Virus record (IMG/VR): IMGVR_UViG_3300027804_000196
Coordinates: 1-26,516 of that record
Origin: a virus
Taxonomy: Duplodnaviria > Caudoviricetes
Length of the DNA: 26,516 nucleotides
Reading direction: 5' to 3' (one strand)
Both the position numbers and the translations under genes were made by a program. Under the pieces are notes generated by a model. It ran no database searches and was not told the DNA's origin. It saw only the letters and a program-made list of their open reading frames with translations. Positions within the stretch are counted from its first letter, which is position 1; every line of letters starts with the position of its first letter. Below are positions 9,806 to 19,240 of this stretch, piece by piece.

Positions 9806-12800
9806 ATGGCCTTTGATGTCCGACGTGCATTGCAAGAAGGTTATAGCTACTCAGAGATAGCCGAGTATCTTGCTGGTAAACGTAAATTCAATCTTGTTGG
9901 AGCGCGTAACGAGGGGTACTCTGACGAAGAGATTGTTAAGCACTTATCTTTTGAACCGACGATTGGCGGGCAACTCAAGGAAGCCGTCAAGGGTATAGTG
10001 CCTGGAGCGATTGGGCTTGTTGAGCAAGCTGCTGTTGGTGCGTCTGCGCTTTTACCTGACCAGTATGAAGCTGGTGCACAGGAAGCTATTCGTGGGGTTG
10101 CTGCCGCAGCGAAGAAACCATTTGCACCTGAAGCTGGATACGAAGAGTCAGTAGGTCGTAAGTTTGGCGAAGCCGCAGGCTCGTTTGTGCCGTTTCTCGG
10201 TCTTGGTGCTCTCGGTGTTGCGGGTCGTGTTGGAGCAGGTGCACTTGCTACGGGGTCTGGTGCGGGTGAAGCGTTAACACGTGCACAACAAGAAGGTGCG
10301 ACTCCTGGGCAGCAGTCTCTATCCACAGGACTTGGTGCCGTTGTTGGCTTGTCTGAACTTATTACACCGTTCAGAATACTATCGCGTATCCCTGAAGGGG
10401 AAGTGCTGTCTGCGGCTAATCGTATTAAGCGGGTTGCTATGGCTGGCGGTGAAGAAGCCGCACAAGAAGCTGCTGCTGGGCTTGCACAAAACCTGATTGC
10501 TCGTGGCGTTTATAAACCTGAGCAACAACTTATTGAGGGACTAGGCGAACAGGCTGCGTACGGTGGTGCTGTTGGTGCGTTGGCGCAAGGTCTTTTAGAT
10601 GTTGCACTTGGACGTAGAGCAAAAACTGCGGCTACACCTGCACAACCAACTACCCCTGCGGTAGAAGAACAACCTGCTATAACTACCCCTGCCGCACCTA
10701 CGGCACCCACGACATTTGCTCCTGCACGCGGTGTACCTGAGACTGCCACACAGCAAGACCTCTTTACAGAAGAAAACATCCAACGCACAGCGCAATCGAC
10801 ACGTGAGGCTCAAGATCGTCTGTTTAAGCTGAGAGATGAATTTGATCTTTATCAGCGAGAGAACGAAAGACTTGCAGCAGCCTATGAGCGCGAGGCTGAT
10901 CCTGTTAAGAAACAGCAGATCTACGACCAAGCCGTAGCACTTGCGAAACCGCTAAATGAACTAAAGACTCAGATCGAAGCTGTAAAAGGTACGCTAGGTG
11001 CAGCAGAAGGTGCACGTCCTGGCGCTGGAGAACCACAATTAGATTTTGAAGCTCCGTTGCCTAGTATCGGTGATCGTGTTGGGCAAGTTGCTAAAACTGA
11101 GTACCGGCCAGATACAGGGACCGTGATTGGTGAGGAAGCCGCAGCTCCACGTTTGAACGAGCAGCAACAACGCATGCTGGAAGAACAGCGTGTGCAAGGT
11201 ATTCGTGACAAGATCGCAGCAGGAGAACCCGTAACCCAAGCAGACATGATGCGGGTTAAGTTCTTAGAGCGTGATCAGTATCAAGAGGAAGCGGCTAAGC
11301 CCACCCCTGCCTTAGACCTATCACAGCAAAAGGTAACTAGGTTTCCATTAACGCTTCAGCGTACGGATATCGAACAACCTAAGATGAAAGTGCAGAAGCA
11401 ACTTGCTGCACCAGAAACTCGTCCTGTAACGGAGCAGGACTTTCGTACGATGGGTATTGGCGCGACTAATAAGAAGTTACGTGAAGAGATACTGGGTAAA
11501 GATCTTGCCAACTCTGAAGACCGTAGGTTCGTAAAAGAGCGTCTTGAGGCATACGCTAGTAACCCCAATCGAAGCCCTGCGATAACTCAAAAAGTTAACA
11601 GCTTTTTAGAAAATTCTATCTTCTTAGAACAGATGGAGTTACCGTTAGCTCCAAGGAGAGATGAGGATGTCAAACAACCTGAGCAACCTGTCGCCGGAGC
11701 AAGTGAGCCAAGCGTTTCTGTACCTGACCAAGGAGCTGCCGTCGCTGCCACCGGATCTGAAGCACCTGTCGCAACTGGAGTGGGCGAACCTGCACTACGC
11801 ACTGAGCCACGTGATGTGGCAGAAGGAAAACAGCCCCGTCCATTAACAGAAATACAGCAGCGGGCTGCGTTTAGTAAAAGTATCGGTGCTACTTATGGGG
11901 AGCAATTACGCACCCGCCAGAATCAGCAGGCAGGAAAAGCCGTGCAGCAAGGCAGTTTCTCTGGCGTTCTTGATGCGCTTGAGAAAAGCAAGAACCCTAT
12001 TGTTCAGCAAGTAGCCAAACTCGCTAGAAATCTAAAGACTAAGATCGAAGTCTCTAAAGACGCGTTTGAAACTTTTAAAGACGAGACGTACACGTCCCGT
12101 CAGCGGTCCATTGACTATGCAAAGATGCACCTCGGGGCGCTTGACTATATTCGGCAGGTTGCGCCACAGATAGAGAAGTTGCCAGACGGCGCCGCACTCC
12201 CAGATGAAGTGCTGGGACGAAACATCCAAGCCTACGAAGACGGAGAAGCTACAAGTAAGTATGGATTGCGGACGATTGTTGATAACAACAATTCCATGTT
12301 TGCGCTTTTAGGGTTACAAGACGGTGCAAAGTTACGTACTAAAGAGGACTTCTTAAACCTACGGGACGCGATTGAACGTGTTACAAAAAATATTGGTGAG
12401 AACAAGATACGACTTACGTCAACTGCGGTAGCTTTTCCTCAGATGGGTGTCGGTGGGTTGTATGACGTTGGGTCTGACACGATTAAGGTTAGTGATTACA
12501 AATCTAAAGATGAGAATGTGCTGGCACATGAAATAGTGCACGCCCAAGTTGCCAATATAGTTGCCGACCCAAAACCAGCGCAGCGTCCAACCGTGCAGCG
12601 GTTGAACAAACTATACGAGCACGTTAAACAGCAATATAAAAAAGCAGGGGCAAACGAAGATCCAGATTTTTATCGTCTCCCTTACGGTGTGTCTAGCATT
12701 CAAGAATTTATTGCAGAAGGTATTAGTGATCCTTGGTTCCAGTACGAACTATCGCGTATCAAATACCAGAACACAACCGCTTGGGATAAGTTTACTGAGT

Positions 12801-15800
12801 ACATTGCAAAACTTCTTGGTCTGAAGAACGACAACGCACTAACCGAACTCCTTACCATTTACGGCGAGCTAACGCAGCCTGGGGTGAAAGCTAAGACCAA
12901 AGGTCAAGGCAAGTTGTTCATGGGTGCGGAGAAGGGACAGCCACAAGAACTGACTCCTGAATTTAAGAAATGGTTTGGTGATAGTAAGATAGTTGATAAA
13001 AATGGTGAGCCGTTAGTTCTGTACCGTGGGGTACGAGGTAACAAAGAAGGTGCAATTAACGCTGAACCAAGGGAAGGCTACAATGTTTTTGTATCAGACA
13101 GTCCAGATGTCGCTGCCTCATACGGTATGCCAGACGAAACTCATGGAATTCCCGGTTCTATTGTCCCGATTTACGTTAAAGCAGATAAGCTAATTGAGTT
13201 TCCTGTAACTGTAGATCGTTACGGATTTCGTAGTTTTGACAAGATAGGGTTTGATCGCCGCGCAAGATCCCTTGCCCCAGGCGAAGTTCTTGTGGCTAGG
13301 CAGGTTGTTGATATTGGCCCTATGGCCTCAGAAGCTTACCAAGTAGACAAAGAGAAGAAATATTCCCACTACAGCGATATCTACGCACTTGGTAGAGGAA
13401 CTCCAGTTAAGTCAGCTATAGGTAATGTTGGTAAAGCTAAAGTGCCGTTCCCTATATCGAGAGAACAGTCTGCTGAACCTGCTGTTGATCCTACAAACAA
13501 TCTGCCAGATCAATTATTTTTCAGACAGACCCCAGCCCCCATACTAACTGTGGCGGGGCAGCAAGCACAAGCAGCGGTAGCTGCTATGGCGGGTATAACA
13601 AACGCCAAGCCCAAGGGTCCGCAGATGTCTACGCTTCAGAAAGTTGGAGCGTTCTTCCAAGACCCATCGTACCGTCAAGATCAGATCGATAAGTTCCGTG
13701 TGCAGGTGGCGTACAAGGGTGCGGCTGCTGAGTCTAAGCTTGCCATGCTCAACCAGTACAACGGCAAGATCCGTGATGCGTTAGGCAACATTCGTCCTGA
13801 TGTGTTTATGACTGCTGCGGAACATGCCGATACGATGGCTGTTGCCGTGATGAAGGATGGTAAGTTAAAGCTTGATCCAAAGGTGGGTTGGGTTGCAGAG
13901 AAGGGCACTGCCTCCTTCCAAGGTGTTATTGATAAGATCAAAGATCTTGGCACCAAGCTAGGCGATCAGCAGCTCGCGTTTAAATTAGCAAACGATGCGT
14001 TCATTGCTCGTCGTGCGAACTACTTCAAACAGCACCCACAACTGGGTATCTCTGGCCTGCCTGATGATGCGAAGATCAAAGCAGGTATGCAAGCCTTTAA
14101 GGACTTCCCCGAGTTAGAGGCTGCGTTCAAAGAGTTCACCACGTTCAAGAACAACTTAATCGATGCAGGTGTCGATGCAGGGCGCTTTAGTAAAGAGCAA
14201 GCTGCCGAGTGGAAAGAAGCTGCGGACTATGTGCCGTGGAACCGTATCAAAGATTATGAGGACAAGATCGCTACAAGTCCTCAAGCGTACTTCCGTGGGC
14301 TGACCAACCTCAAGCAGATGAAAGAGATCCGAGGCGGCACCGACGAGATCAACGACATCTTTGACAACATGGTGGGCCTGTCCTTCTGGCTTGTTAACGG
14401 TGCGATACGCAACCATGCTGCGGTGCAACTCACTGACGCATTTGTATCCAACGGGTTAGGTGCGCGGCGGGTACGCCAAGGACAGCCTGGAGTTGACCCC
14501 AACAAGACAATCTATATCTACCGCGATGGCAAACCTGAAGTCTATGAGTATGAGTCGATAGCAGATGTTTATGCGTTTAAGGGTGTGGAAAGCTTGGGGG
14601 GTCCGATCCTCAGCAGCTTCACTGCGTTCGCTAACATCTTACGGCGCACGACCACAGCTACTCCCCAGTTCGCATTAAGTCAGTTGTTCCAAGATTCGTA
14701 CCGCGCCACGGTGACATCAGGCGTGAAGAATCCGTTTGAAGCCGCATCTAAAGTTATAAGCGGTGCAATAAGTGCGTACCGTGGAGATGCCACGACACAG
14801 CAGCTTGAGAAGTTTGGGATTGTGGGCGCATATGATCTGATGCCTGGACGTGCCAAGGATGAGATTGAGAAAGAGTTTGGGATTCGGCAGCGGTCTGTGC
14901 TTGAGAAGGGGCTGTCGTTCATGGAGTCGTTCTCCATCGCCTCTGATGCTGCGTTGCGTAAGGCAGTCTTTGAGCAGACGTTAGAAGAAACTAAGTCGCC
15001 GCAGTTCCCCGATGGTGACGTGCTGCTTGCACGGTATCGCGCTCAAGAAGTTATCAACTTTAAACGGCAAGGGGCAAACCGGACGGTGGGTCTAATGCGC
15101 CAACTCATTCCGTTTATGAACGCCTACATCCAAGGTATGGATGTGTTCTACCGCACAATGACCGGACGTGGGGTTGCAGCTACCGAGCGTAGTGAAGCCT
15201 TTAAGATGTTCCTCAGTACGGGTGTGAAGCTTGCCGCGCTTACCACGCTTTACACGATGTTGGTGGGTGGTGATGACGAGTACGAAGGACTGCGTGATTA
15301 TGAGAAGGATAAAAACTTTATCATACCGATTGGGCCCGGAGTAAAGATACCAGTTGCTCCCGAAGTTGGGTTCTTCTTCAAAGTTATTCCTGAGCGTTTA
15401 TATAACTACATCACTAGCCAAGGCACCGAACGTCCGCAGGATGCGGCGGCACTACGCAAGGCTATTGGCACCGCTGCATTTGATGCGTTTAGTGGACCTA
15501 ACTTGACACCCCAAGCTGTCAAGCCTGCGCTTGAGTTGCTGGTGAACTACTCGTTCTTTACGGGCACACCGATAGTTGGACGGGGGCTGGAGAAGTTAGA
15601 ACCTGCACAGCAGTTCACAGACTCGACCTCTGAGATTGCAAAGATGATCGGCGCTCTGGCTGGCATCTCTCCGATGAAGCTTGAGTATTTTGTGCGGGGC
15701 ACCACGGGTATTGCAGGTGGCACGGTGCTGGATCTGTCGAACATGTTGTTCACTGATAGGCCCGACAAGCGGCTGTATGAGATGCCTGCCTTTAAGACGT

Positions 15801-16150
15801 TTATGTATGACAAGATCCCAGGCGGATATAAAGAGCAGTACTACGATCTGCGGGAGAAAGTTGAGCAGGTGGTCTACACCATGAACGGGTTGAAGGCTCA
15901 GGGACGTGCGGAAGAATTGCAGGAATACCTGAACGATGACCGTATCAATCTGCTTGCCTTGCGGCGGTCCATGAATCAGATCGATCAGCAGTTGGAGAAG
16001 ATGCGAGCTTTCCGCAAGCTAATCTCTAACGACCCAACCATGACGGGTGCTGAGAAGAAAGATCGGTTGGATGAGATTGAACGAACGGAGAATGAGTTGC
16101 TCCGTGCCTACAATATTCCAGCGTTACGCAAAGAAGTAGCAGGACTTTAA
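9806..16150 (+). CDS. Large polyvalent virion protein: Gly/Ala-rich N-terminus, zincin-like metallopeptidase, ART-like domain, C-terminal LPD38-like region
   Basis: 2114 aa. HEIVH at 12527-12541 with downstream QEFIAE (12701). FKKWFGDSKIVDKNGEPLVLYRG...VKSAIGN (12962-13430) resembles ART-PolyVal. YEKDKNFIIP...KIPVAPE...KPALELLVNYSFFTG resembles LPD38. Confidence 0.8.
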   Translation: MAFDVRRALQEGYSYSEIAEYLAGKRKFNLVGARNEGYSDEEIVKHLSFEPTIGGQLKEAVKGIVPGAIGLVEQAAVGASALLPDQYEAGAQEAIRGVAAAAKKPFAPEAGYEESVGRKFGEAAGSFVPFLGLGALGVAGRVGAGALATGSGAGEALTRAQQEGATPGQQSLSTGLGAVVGLSELITPFRILSRIPEGEVLSAANRIKRVAMAGGEEAAQEAAAGLAQNLIARGVYKPEQQLIEGLGEQAAYGGAVGALAQGLLDVALGRRAKTAATPAQPTTPAVEEQPAITTPAAPTAPTTFAPARGVPETATQQDLFTEENIQRTAQSTREAQDRLFKLRDEFDLYQRENERLAAAYEREADPVKKQQIYDQAVALAKPLNELKTQIEAVKGTLGAAEGARPGAGEPQLDFEAPLPSIGDRVGQVAKTEYRPDTGTVIGEEAAAPRLNEQQQRMLEEQRVQGIRDKIAAGEPVTQADMMRVKFLERDQYQEEAAKPTPALDLSQQKVTRFPLTLQRTDIEQPKMKVQKQLAAPETRPVTEQDFRTMGIGATNKKLREEILGKDLANSEDRRFVKERLEAYASNPNRSPAITQKVNSFLENSIFLEQMELPLAPRRDEDVKQPEQPVAGASEPSVSVPDQGAAVAATGSEAPVATGVGEPALRTEPRDVAEGKQPRPLTEIQQRAAFSKSIGATYGEQLRTRQNQQAGKAVQQGSFSGVLDALEKSKNPIVQQVAKLARNLKTKIEVSKDAFETFKDETYTSRQRSIDYAKMHLGALDYIRQVAPQIEKLPDGAALPDEVLGRNIQAYEDGEATSKYGLRTIVDNNNSMFALLGLQDGAKLRTKEDFLNLRDAIERVTKNIGENKIRLTSTAVAFPQMGVGGLYDVGSDTIKVSDYKSKDENVLAHEIVHAQVANIVADPKPAQRPTVQRLNKLYEHVKQQYKKAGANEDPDFYRLPYGVSSIQEFIAEGISDPWFQYELSRIKYQNTTAWDKFTEYIAKLLGLKNDNALTELLTIYGELTQPGVKAKTKGQGKLFMGAEKGQPQELTPEFKKWFGDSKIVDKNGEPLVLYRGVRGNKEGAINAEPREGYNVFVSDSPDVAASYGMPDETHGIPGSIVPIYVKADKLIEFPVTVDRYGFRSFDKIGFDRRARSLAPGEVLVARQVVDIGPMASEAYQVDKEKKYSHYSDIYALGRGTPVKSAIGNVGKAKVPFPISREQSAEPAVDPTNNLPDQLFFRQTPAPILTVAGQQAQAAVAAMAGITNAKPKGPQMSTLQKVGAFFQDPSYRQDQIDKFRVQVAYKGAAAESKLAMLNQYNGKIRDALGNIRPDVFMTAAEHADTMAVAVMKDGKLKLDPKVGWVAEKGTASFQGVIDKIKDLGTKLGDQQLAFKLANDAFIARRANYFKQHPQLGISGLPDDAKIKAGMQAFKDFPELEAAFKEFTTFKNNLIDAGVDAGRFSKEQAAEWKEAADYVPWNRIKDYEDKIATSPQAYFRGLTNLKQMKEIRGGTDEINDIFDNMVGLSFWLVNGAIRNHAAVQLTDAFVSNGLGARRVRQGQPGVDPNKTIYIYRDGKPEVYEYESIADVYAFKGVESLGGPILSSFTAFANILRRTTTATPQFALSQLFQDSYRATVTSGVKNPFEAASKVISGAISAYRGDATTQQLEKFGIVGAYDLMPGRAKDEIEKEFGIRQRSVLEKGLSFMESFSIASDAALRKAVFEQTLEETKSPQFPDGDVLLARYRAQEVINFKRQGANRTVGLMRQLIPFMNAYIQGMDVFYRTMTGRGVAATERSEAFKMFLSTGVKLAALTTLYTMLVGGDDEYEGLRDYEKDKNFIIPIGPGVKIPVAPEVGFFFKVIPERLYNYITSQGTERPQDAAALRKAIGTAAFDAFSGPNLTPQAVKPALELLVNYSFFTGTPIVGRGLEKLEPAQQFTDSTSEIAKMIGALAGISPMKLEYFVRGTTGIAGGTVLDLSNMLFTDRPDKRLYEMPAFKTFMYDKIPGGYKEQYYDLREKVEQVVYTMNGLKAQGRAEELQEYLNDDRINLLALRRSMNQIDQQLEKMRAFRKLISNDPTMTGAEKKDRLDEIERTENELLRAYNIPALRKEVAGL
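11667..11846 (+). CDS. Candidate overprinted 59-aa protein in the +1 frame of the polyvalent gene
   Basis: AAGGAG at 11653-11658, 8 nt before ATG 11667. The product MSNNLSNLSPEQVSQAFLYL...EWANLHYALSHVMWQKENSPVH looks like an amphipathic helical protein, while the host frame here is a low-complexity linker. Confidence 0.5.
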   Translation: MSNNLSNLSPEQVSQAFLYLTKELPSLPPDLKHLSQLEWANLHYALSHVMWQKENSPVH

Positions 16151-16174
16151 AAAAACCCCGGCAGAGGGCCGGGG
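16149..16174 (-). terminator. Rho-independent terminator for minus-strand transcripts
   Basis: Minus strand reads CCCCGGC-CCTCT-GCCGGGG followed by T7 (A-run at 16149-16155 on +). Confidence 0.85.
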
Positions 16175-16221
16175 ACAACCTAGCACTAATTGGGAGGAGC
16201 GCCAGGAGAGTGAAGAATTCC
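16149..16221 (-). ncRNA. Candidate ~73-nt anti-RBS small RNA
   Basis: Lies between a sigma70-like promoter (16228-16257) and the terminator. Has a 9-bp stem with two G-U pairs (16206-16198 with 16187-16179), loop CCUCCCAAUU, and 5' seed UUCACUCUCCU. Confidence 0.55.
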
Positions 16222-16227
16222 GAGCGG

Positions 16228-16257
16228 ACTATATCACTTTATCCGCCAACAGCGCAA
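16228..16257 (-). promoter_or_regulatory. Sigma70-like promoter for the candidate sRNA
   Basis: Minus strand TTGCGC-N18-TATAGT with extended -10 (TGaTATAGT). The TGA doubles as the stop codon of the upstream 66-aa gene. Confidence 0.55.
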
Positions 16258-16434
16258 CCCATACATACCCTGCTCTACAACTTGTTTACAGATAAGCTCA
16301 TATCTGAAGCGAGCAGCCTCCCATCGTACTTTCTCGGCAACCTCGTCGGTGTTCGTGCAGGGTATGAAGAAAGACATACCGACATCAAACGTTGACCAAG
16401 GGACTATCATCGTCGCGCCTAAGACTTTTATCAA
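16234..16434 (-). CDS. Small conserved-type phage protein (66 aa), last gene of the replication operon
   Basis: TTG start with perfect SD AGGAGGT (16440-16446). W..F.VG.SFFIPC...G..GLRCWR pattern. Overlaps the primase 3' end. Confidence 0.7.
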   Translation of the reverse strand: MIKVLGATMIVPWSTFDVGMSFFIPCTNTDEVAEKVRWEAARFRYELICKQVVEQGMYGLRCWRIK

Positions 16435-19240
16435 GAATCACCTCCTCTGAGAACACGTTGAGTTTCGAGCTATCAAACTCTAGTGCGTTGACTGCGCTTG
16501 CATCACTAGCAATCGTGCCCTTCAACATGCGTTTGCGCTTGATGCCTAAGAGTGAGCCGTTCTTTTTATAGGGCTGCAACGATCCGTCGAAGTCAATATA
16601 GTCTTTGGATACCGCTGCACGCCAGTCTCGCACATCGATGTATATACGCTTGGTATCTGGCTCGTATCGCACAACGACCTTGCCCTTGGGTTCCCGCAAA
16701 GGAGCAACTGCGATCCCTGTGCGTTTGTCTGCCTCGTTGTTGATAACAAGTATGTCGTGGTAATGCTGCTGCAAGAACCCACCCAGATAGTCATTGACGT
16801 GTGAGAACTCTTCACGGTTCTGCTCGCGGGTGCGCTTCACAAGATCTACTGCGTGTTTAAAGACTGGCTCGACGGCAATGTCGTGCAGTCCTAAGTTCTT
16901 GGCAATGATGCCGCCCGTAATCGCAATCGCTATACCGGCAGACCAGAAGCGTTCTGTGTTAACGATGTTGGCTGCTTTATCTAGCTTCTCGTTGATCCGG
17001 TTTAGCAGTTCAATAACAGTGGGCAAGTTCATAGCGATATACCGGATGTAAGGATCTATCGCATGCCCGTAGTTGTTTGTCAGTCTGCCAAAGTGAGCCT
17101 TAGACCATGTCGGGTCATCGTGCGGATCAGGCAGGATGTAGTCCTCCAGTATGCGTAACAGCTCCGCTTCAGGAAACGACTTAATGGTTAACAGCGCGTC
17201 CTTGATACGCCGGTTGGATGTTGTTACGACAGGGATCGACCACGATACATTGTTTACACGTTCGACGTTCGCCTTGGAGGACATGCGGTTCTTGCCCTTG
17301 CCTGACGTGATGTCATAGACCAGATTCGACATGATCTTGGGTTCCATGTTCGTCAACTCGTCAATCGTCGGAGTCAGACTCTGCATGACACCCAACCGTT
17401 GCAGCCTGTGGTTGTGCGTATCTTTGTAAGACAGGAGAAGTTCTTTAGGTCTGCCGTATATGGAGTTAATGCCATGAAGCAGCGTCGTTTTGCCCGAGCC
17501 ACCCTTCTGACTGATGAGGTTCAGCACAAATCCATCGAGCATCCCGCCACCTACAAACTTCATCAGTGGGCCACCGAATCCCATGAAGAAAGCAAACGCT
17601 CGCTGCTCCATGTTGGGCCTACCCCATGCGTTGATGACATCTTTCCATACGTGGAAGTCGCCCTTCGACTGCATCATCGGCACGATAGGTAGTGTGGCAC
17701 TTGTGGGCGGGCTGTAAACCTCTTCGCCTGTTGCAAGAATCTCACGTTCGCCAATCACAAAGCTGCTGTTGTCATCGAGCCAACCAAATTGTTTACGTGC
17801 AATCTCTGACTTGCCGATTGCTTGCAGTTCTTCAACCCATCTTGTGACATACAACATAAGCGCATCCTGTTTCTTACCTAGCACTGCCATACCCTGGGCA
17901 GCAATCGTGTTAACAAATCGTTCTTTAGAAAGTGCGGCGTTCAAAGGAATCATAAATTCTCTGGTGCCATCCTTGGGTAGATGGAGGCGCAGCCACAATG
18001 TTTCACCTTCTTCGGGATCGTGGATACGCTTCACCACATAGAAATCATATGGGTATATGAGTTCGTCTTCCTCGTCGGCACTTGATGCCTTGCGGTAAAT
18101 ACCGCCGACACGCCCCCTAAAGAACGGGAACGGATACTGCGGGATCTGATAAGTCTTTTCTTCTTTTGTTATAGGTTCTACAGATACGACAACACGTTCT
18201 TCTTCAGTCGCTGCTACCACCTCCCGATCAAGAAGAATAGGCGACGAAACTTTTTGCGGACAATCCGCGCATAACGCTGGGTTTTCTTTACGATACCAAT
18301 CACAGGTGTACGGTCCTTTGGTTTTAGCAGCTTTATCCTTAGTGCGTTGTGGGTTGTACTCTGGGTGCTTTTTGGACAGTAGCTGGATAGCCTTTTCACC
18401 ATCGACGCACCGTAACGCTACGGACAACGCACCACGCCATAAAGGTTCTGCTAGGGTTTCTTGATTCTCGTAGGCGTATGCGATCTGAGCGCATCCTTCA
18501 CCATTGAGAGACTTTATTAATATGTTCTTGAACTTAGACTGATAGTTCCCCATGAGTGCCATTGTCGTTGCGTCCATCTGGCGCACAAAGGGCTTTTCTC
18601 CAGGGATGTCAAGGATTGACTCAACCGTAGCTAGTTGATCTTCAAAGTCTTCAAAGTTAATACGCTTGCCCCACATCAGCACGGTCACAGCTTGTGGGCT
18701 GTCGGGGTTTTTAAAGTTCAGTGTTTCTGGGATTCGCAGGATGCGTGCTGTATCTGCTGTTACTGCGGGGTCTGCGAAAAGCCCGTGCGTATTGCACAGT
18801 GCCTTGAGTCCTTCTGCTTTGGGTTTCCATGTTGCGGCACTCAGCGGTCTGTCGGCCACCCAGTACACGTGCAGTCCACGCCCTGAGTTAATGACTGCTG
18901 TAGGCTTAGGAAGTTTTGCTTGCTTTACAAACGCTTTGAGTGCGTTTAGTCCTTCGGTTTGATCTTCGTATTTTTTACCTGCGCCACAATCGATGTCTAG
19001 ATACAGTGATCCAAGCTCTTTAACGTTTGTGCCTTTGCGCCCCTCCTTGGCATTGTTGTATGAAGCTGTTGCGAAGTATGCGTCGTAACCATCATGAACC
19101 AGCACATCTGCTTGGTCTGACAACTCCTCAATGGTATCGACGAATATTTGTTTTGGTGATCTGTCGCTGTGTAATCCCACCGCACAGTATGGCCCCGTTG
19201 GGGGGAGCACTGCCGCTAGGAAGTCATTCCTTGAAAACAT
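16385..19240 (-). CDS. AEP (RepB'-like) primase fused to a DUF927 / AAA+ helicase
   Basis: 951 aa. LYLDID, SGRGLHVYW and DTARILRIP.T.N.K primase motifs; Cys cluster C..(8)..CADC; KQFGW; Walker A GGSGKTT; Walker B PTIDE. Confidence 0.85.
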   Translation of the reverse strand: MFSRNDFLAAVLPPTGPYCAVGLHSDRSPKQIFVDTIEELSDQADVLVHDGYDAYFATASYNNAKEGRKGTNVKELGSLYLDIDCGAGKKYEDQTEGLNALKAFVKQAKLPKPTAVINSGRGLHVYWVADRPLSAATWKPKAEGLKALCNTHGLFADPAVTADTARILRIPETLNFKNPDSPQAVTVLMWGKRINFEDFEDQLATVESILDIPGEKPFVRQMDATTMALMGNYQSKFKNILIKSLNGEGCAQIAYAYENQETLAEPLWRGALSVALRCVDGEKAIQLLSKKHPEYNPQRTKDKAAKTKGPYTCDWYRKENPALCADCPQKVSSPILLDREVVAATEEERVVVSVEPITKEEKTYQIPQYPFPFFRGRVGGIYRKASSADEEDELIYPYDFYVVKRIHDPEEGETLWLRLHLPKDGTREFMIPLNAALSKERFVNTIAAQGMAVLGKKQDALMLYVTRWVEELQAIGKSEIARKQFGWLDDNSSFVIGEREILATGEEVYSPPTSATLPIVPMMQSKGDFHVWKDVINAWGRPNMEQRAFAFFMGFGGPLMKFVGGGMLDGFVLNLISQKGGSGKTTLLHGINSIYGRPKELLLSYKDTHNHRLQRLGVMQSLTPTIDELTNMEPKIMSNLVYDITSGKGKNRMSSKANVERVNNVSWSIPVVTTSNRRIKDALLTIKSFPEAELLRILEDYILPDPHDDPTWSKAHFGRLTNNYGHAIDPYIRYIAMNLPTVIELLNRINEKLDKAANIVNTERFWSAGIAIAITGGIIAKNLGLHDIAVEPVFKHAVDLVKRTREQNREEFSHVNDYLGGFLQQHYHDILVINNEADKRTGIAVAPLREPKGKVVVRYEPDTKRIYIDVRDWRAAVSKDYIDFDGSLQPYKKNGSLLGIKRKRMLKGTIASDASAVNALEFDSSKLNVFSEEVILDKSLRRDDDSPLVNV

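Noticed and set aside
16210-16395. 61-aa plus-strand ORF with AGGAG just upstream
   Set aside because: The SD is only 1 nt from the GTG and the ORF is antisense to a well-supported gene. The AGGAGAGTGAA is better explained as the complement of the sRNA seed.
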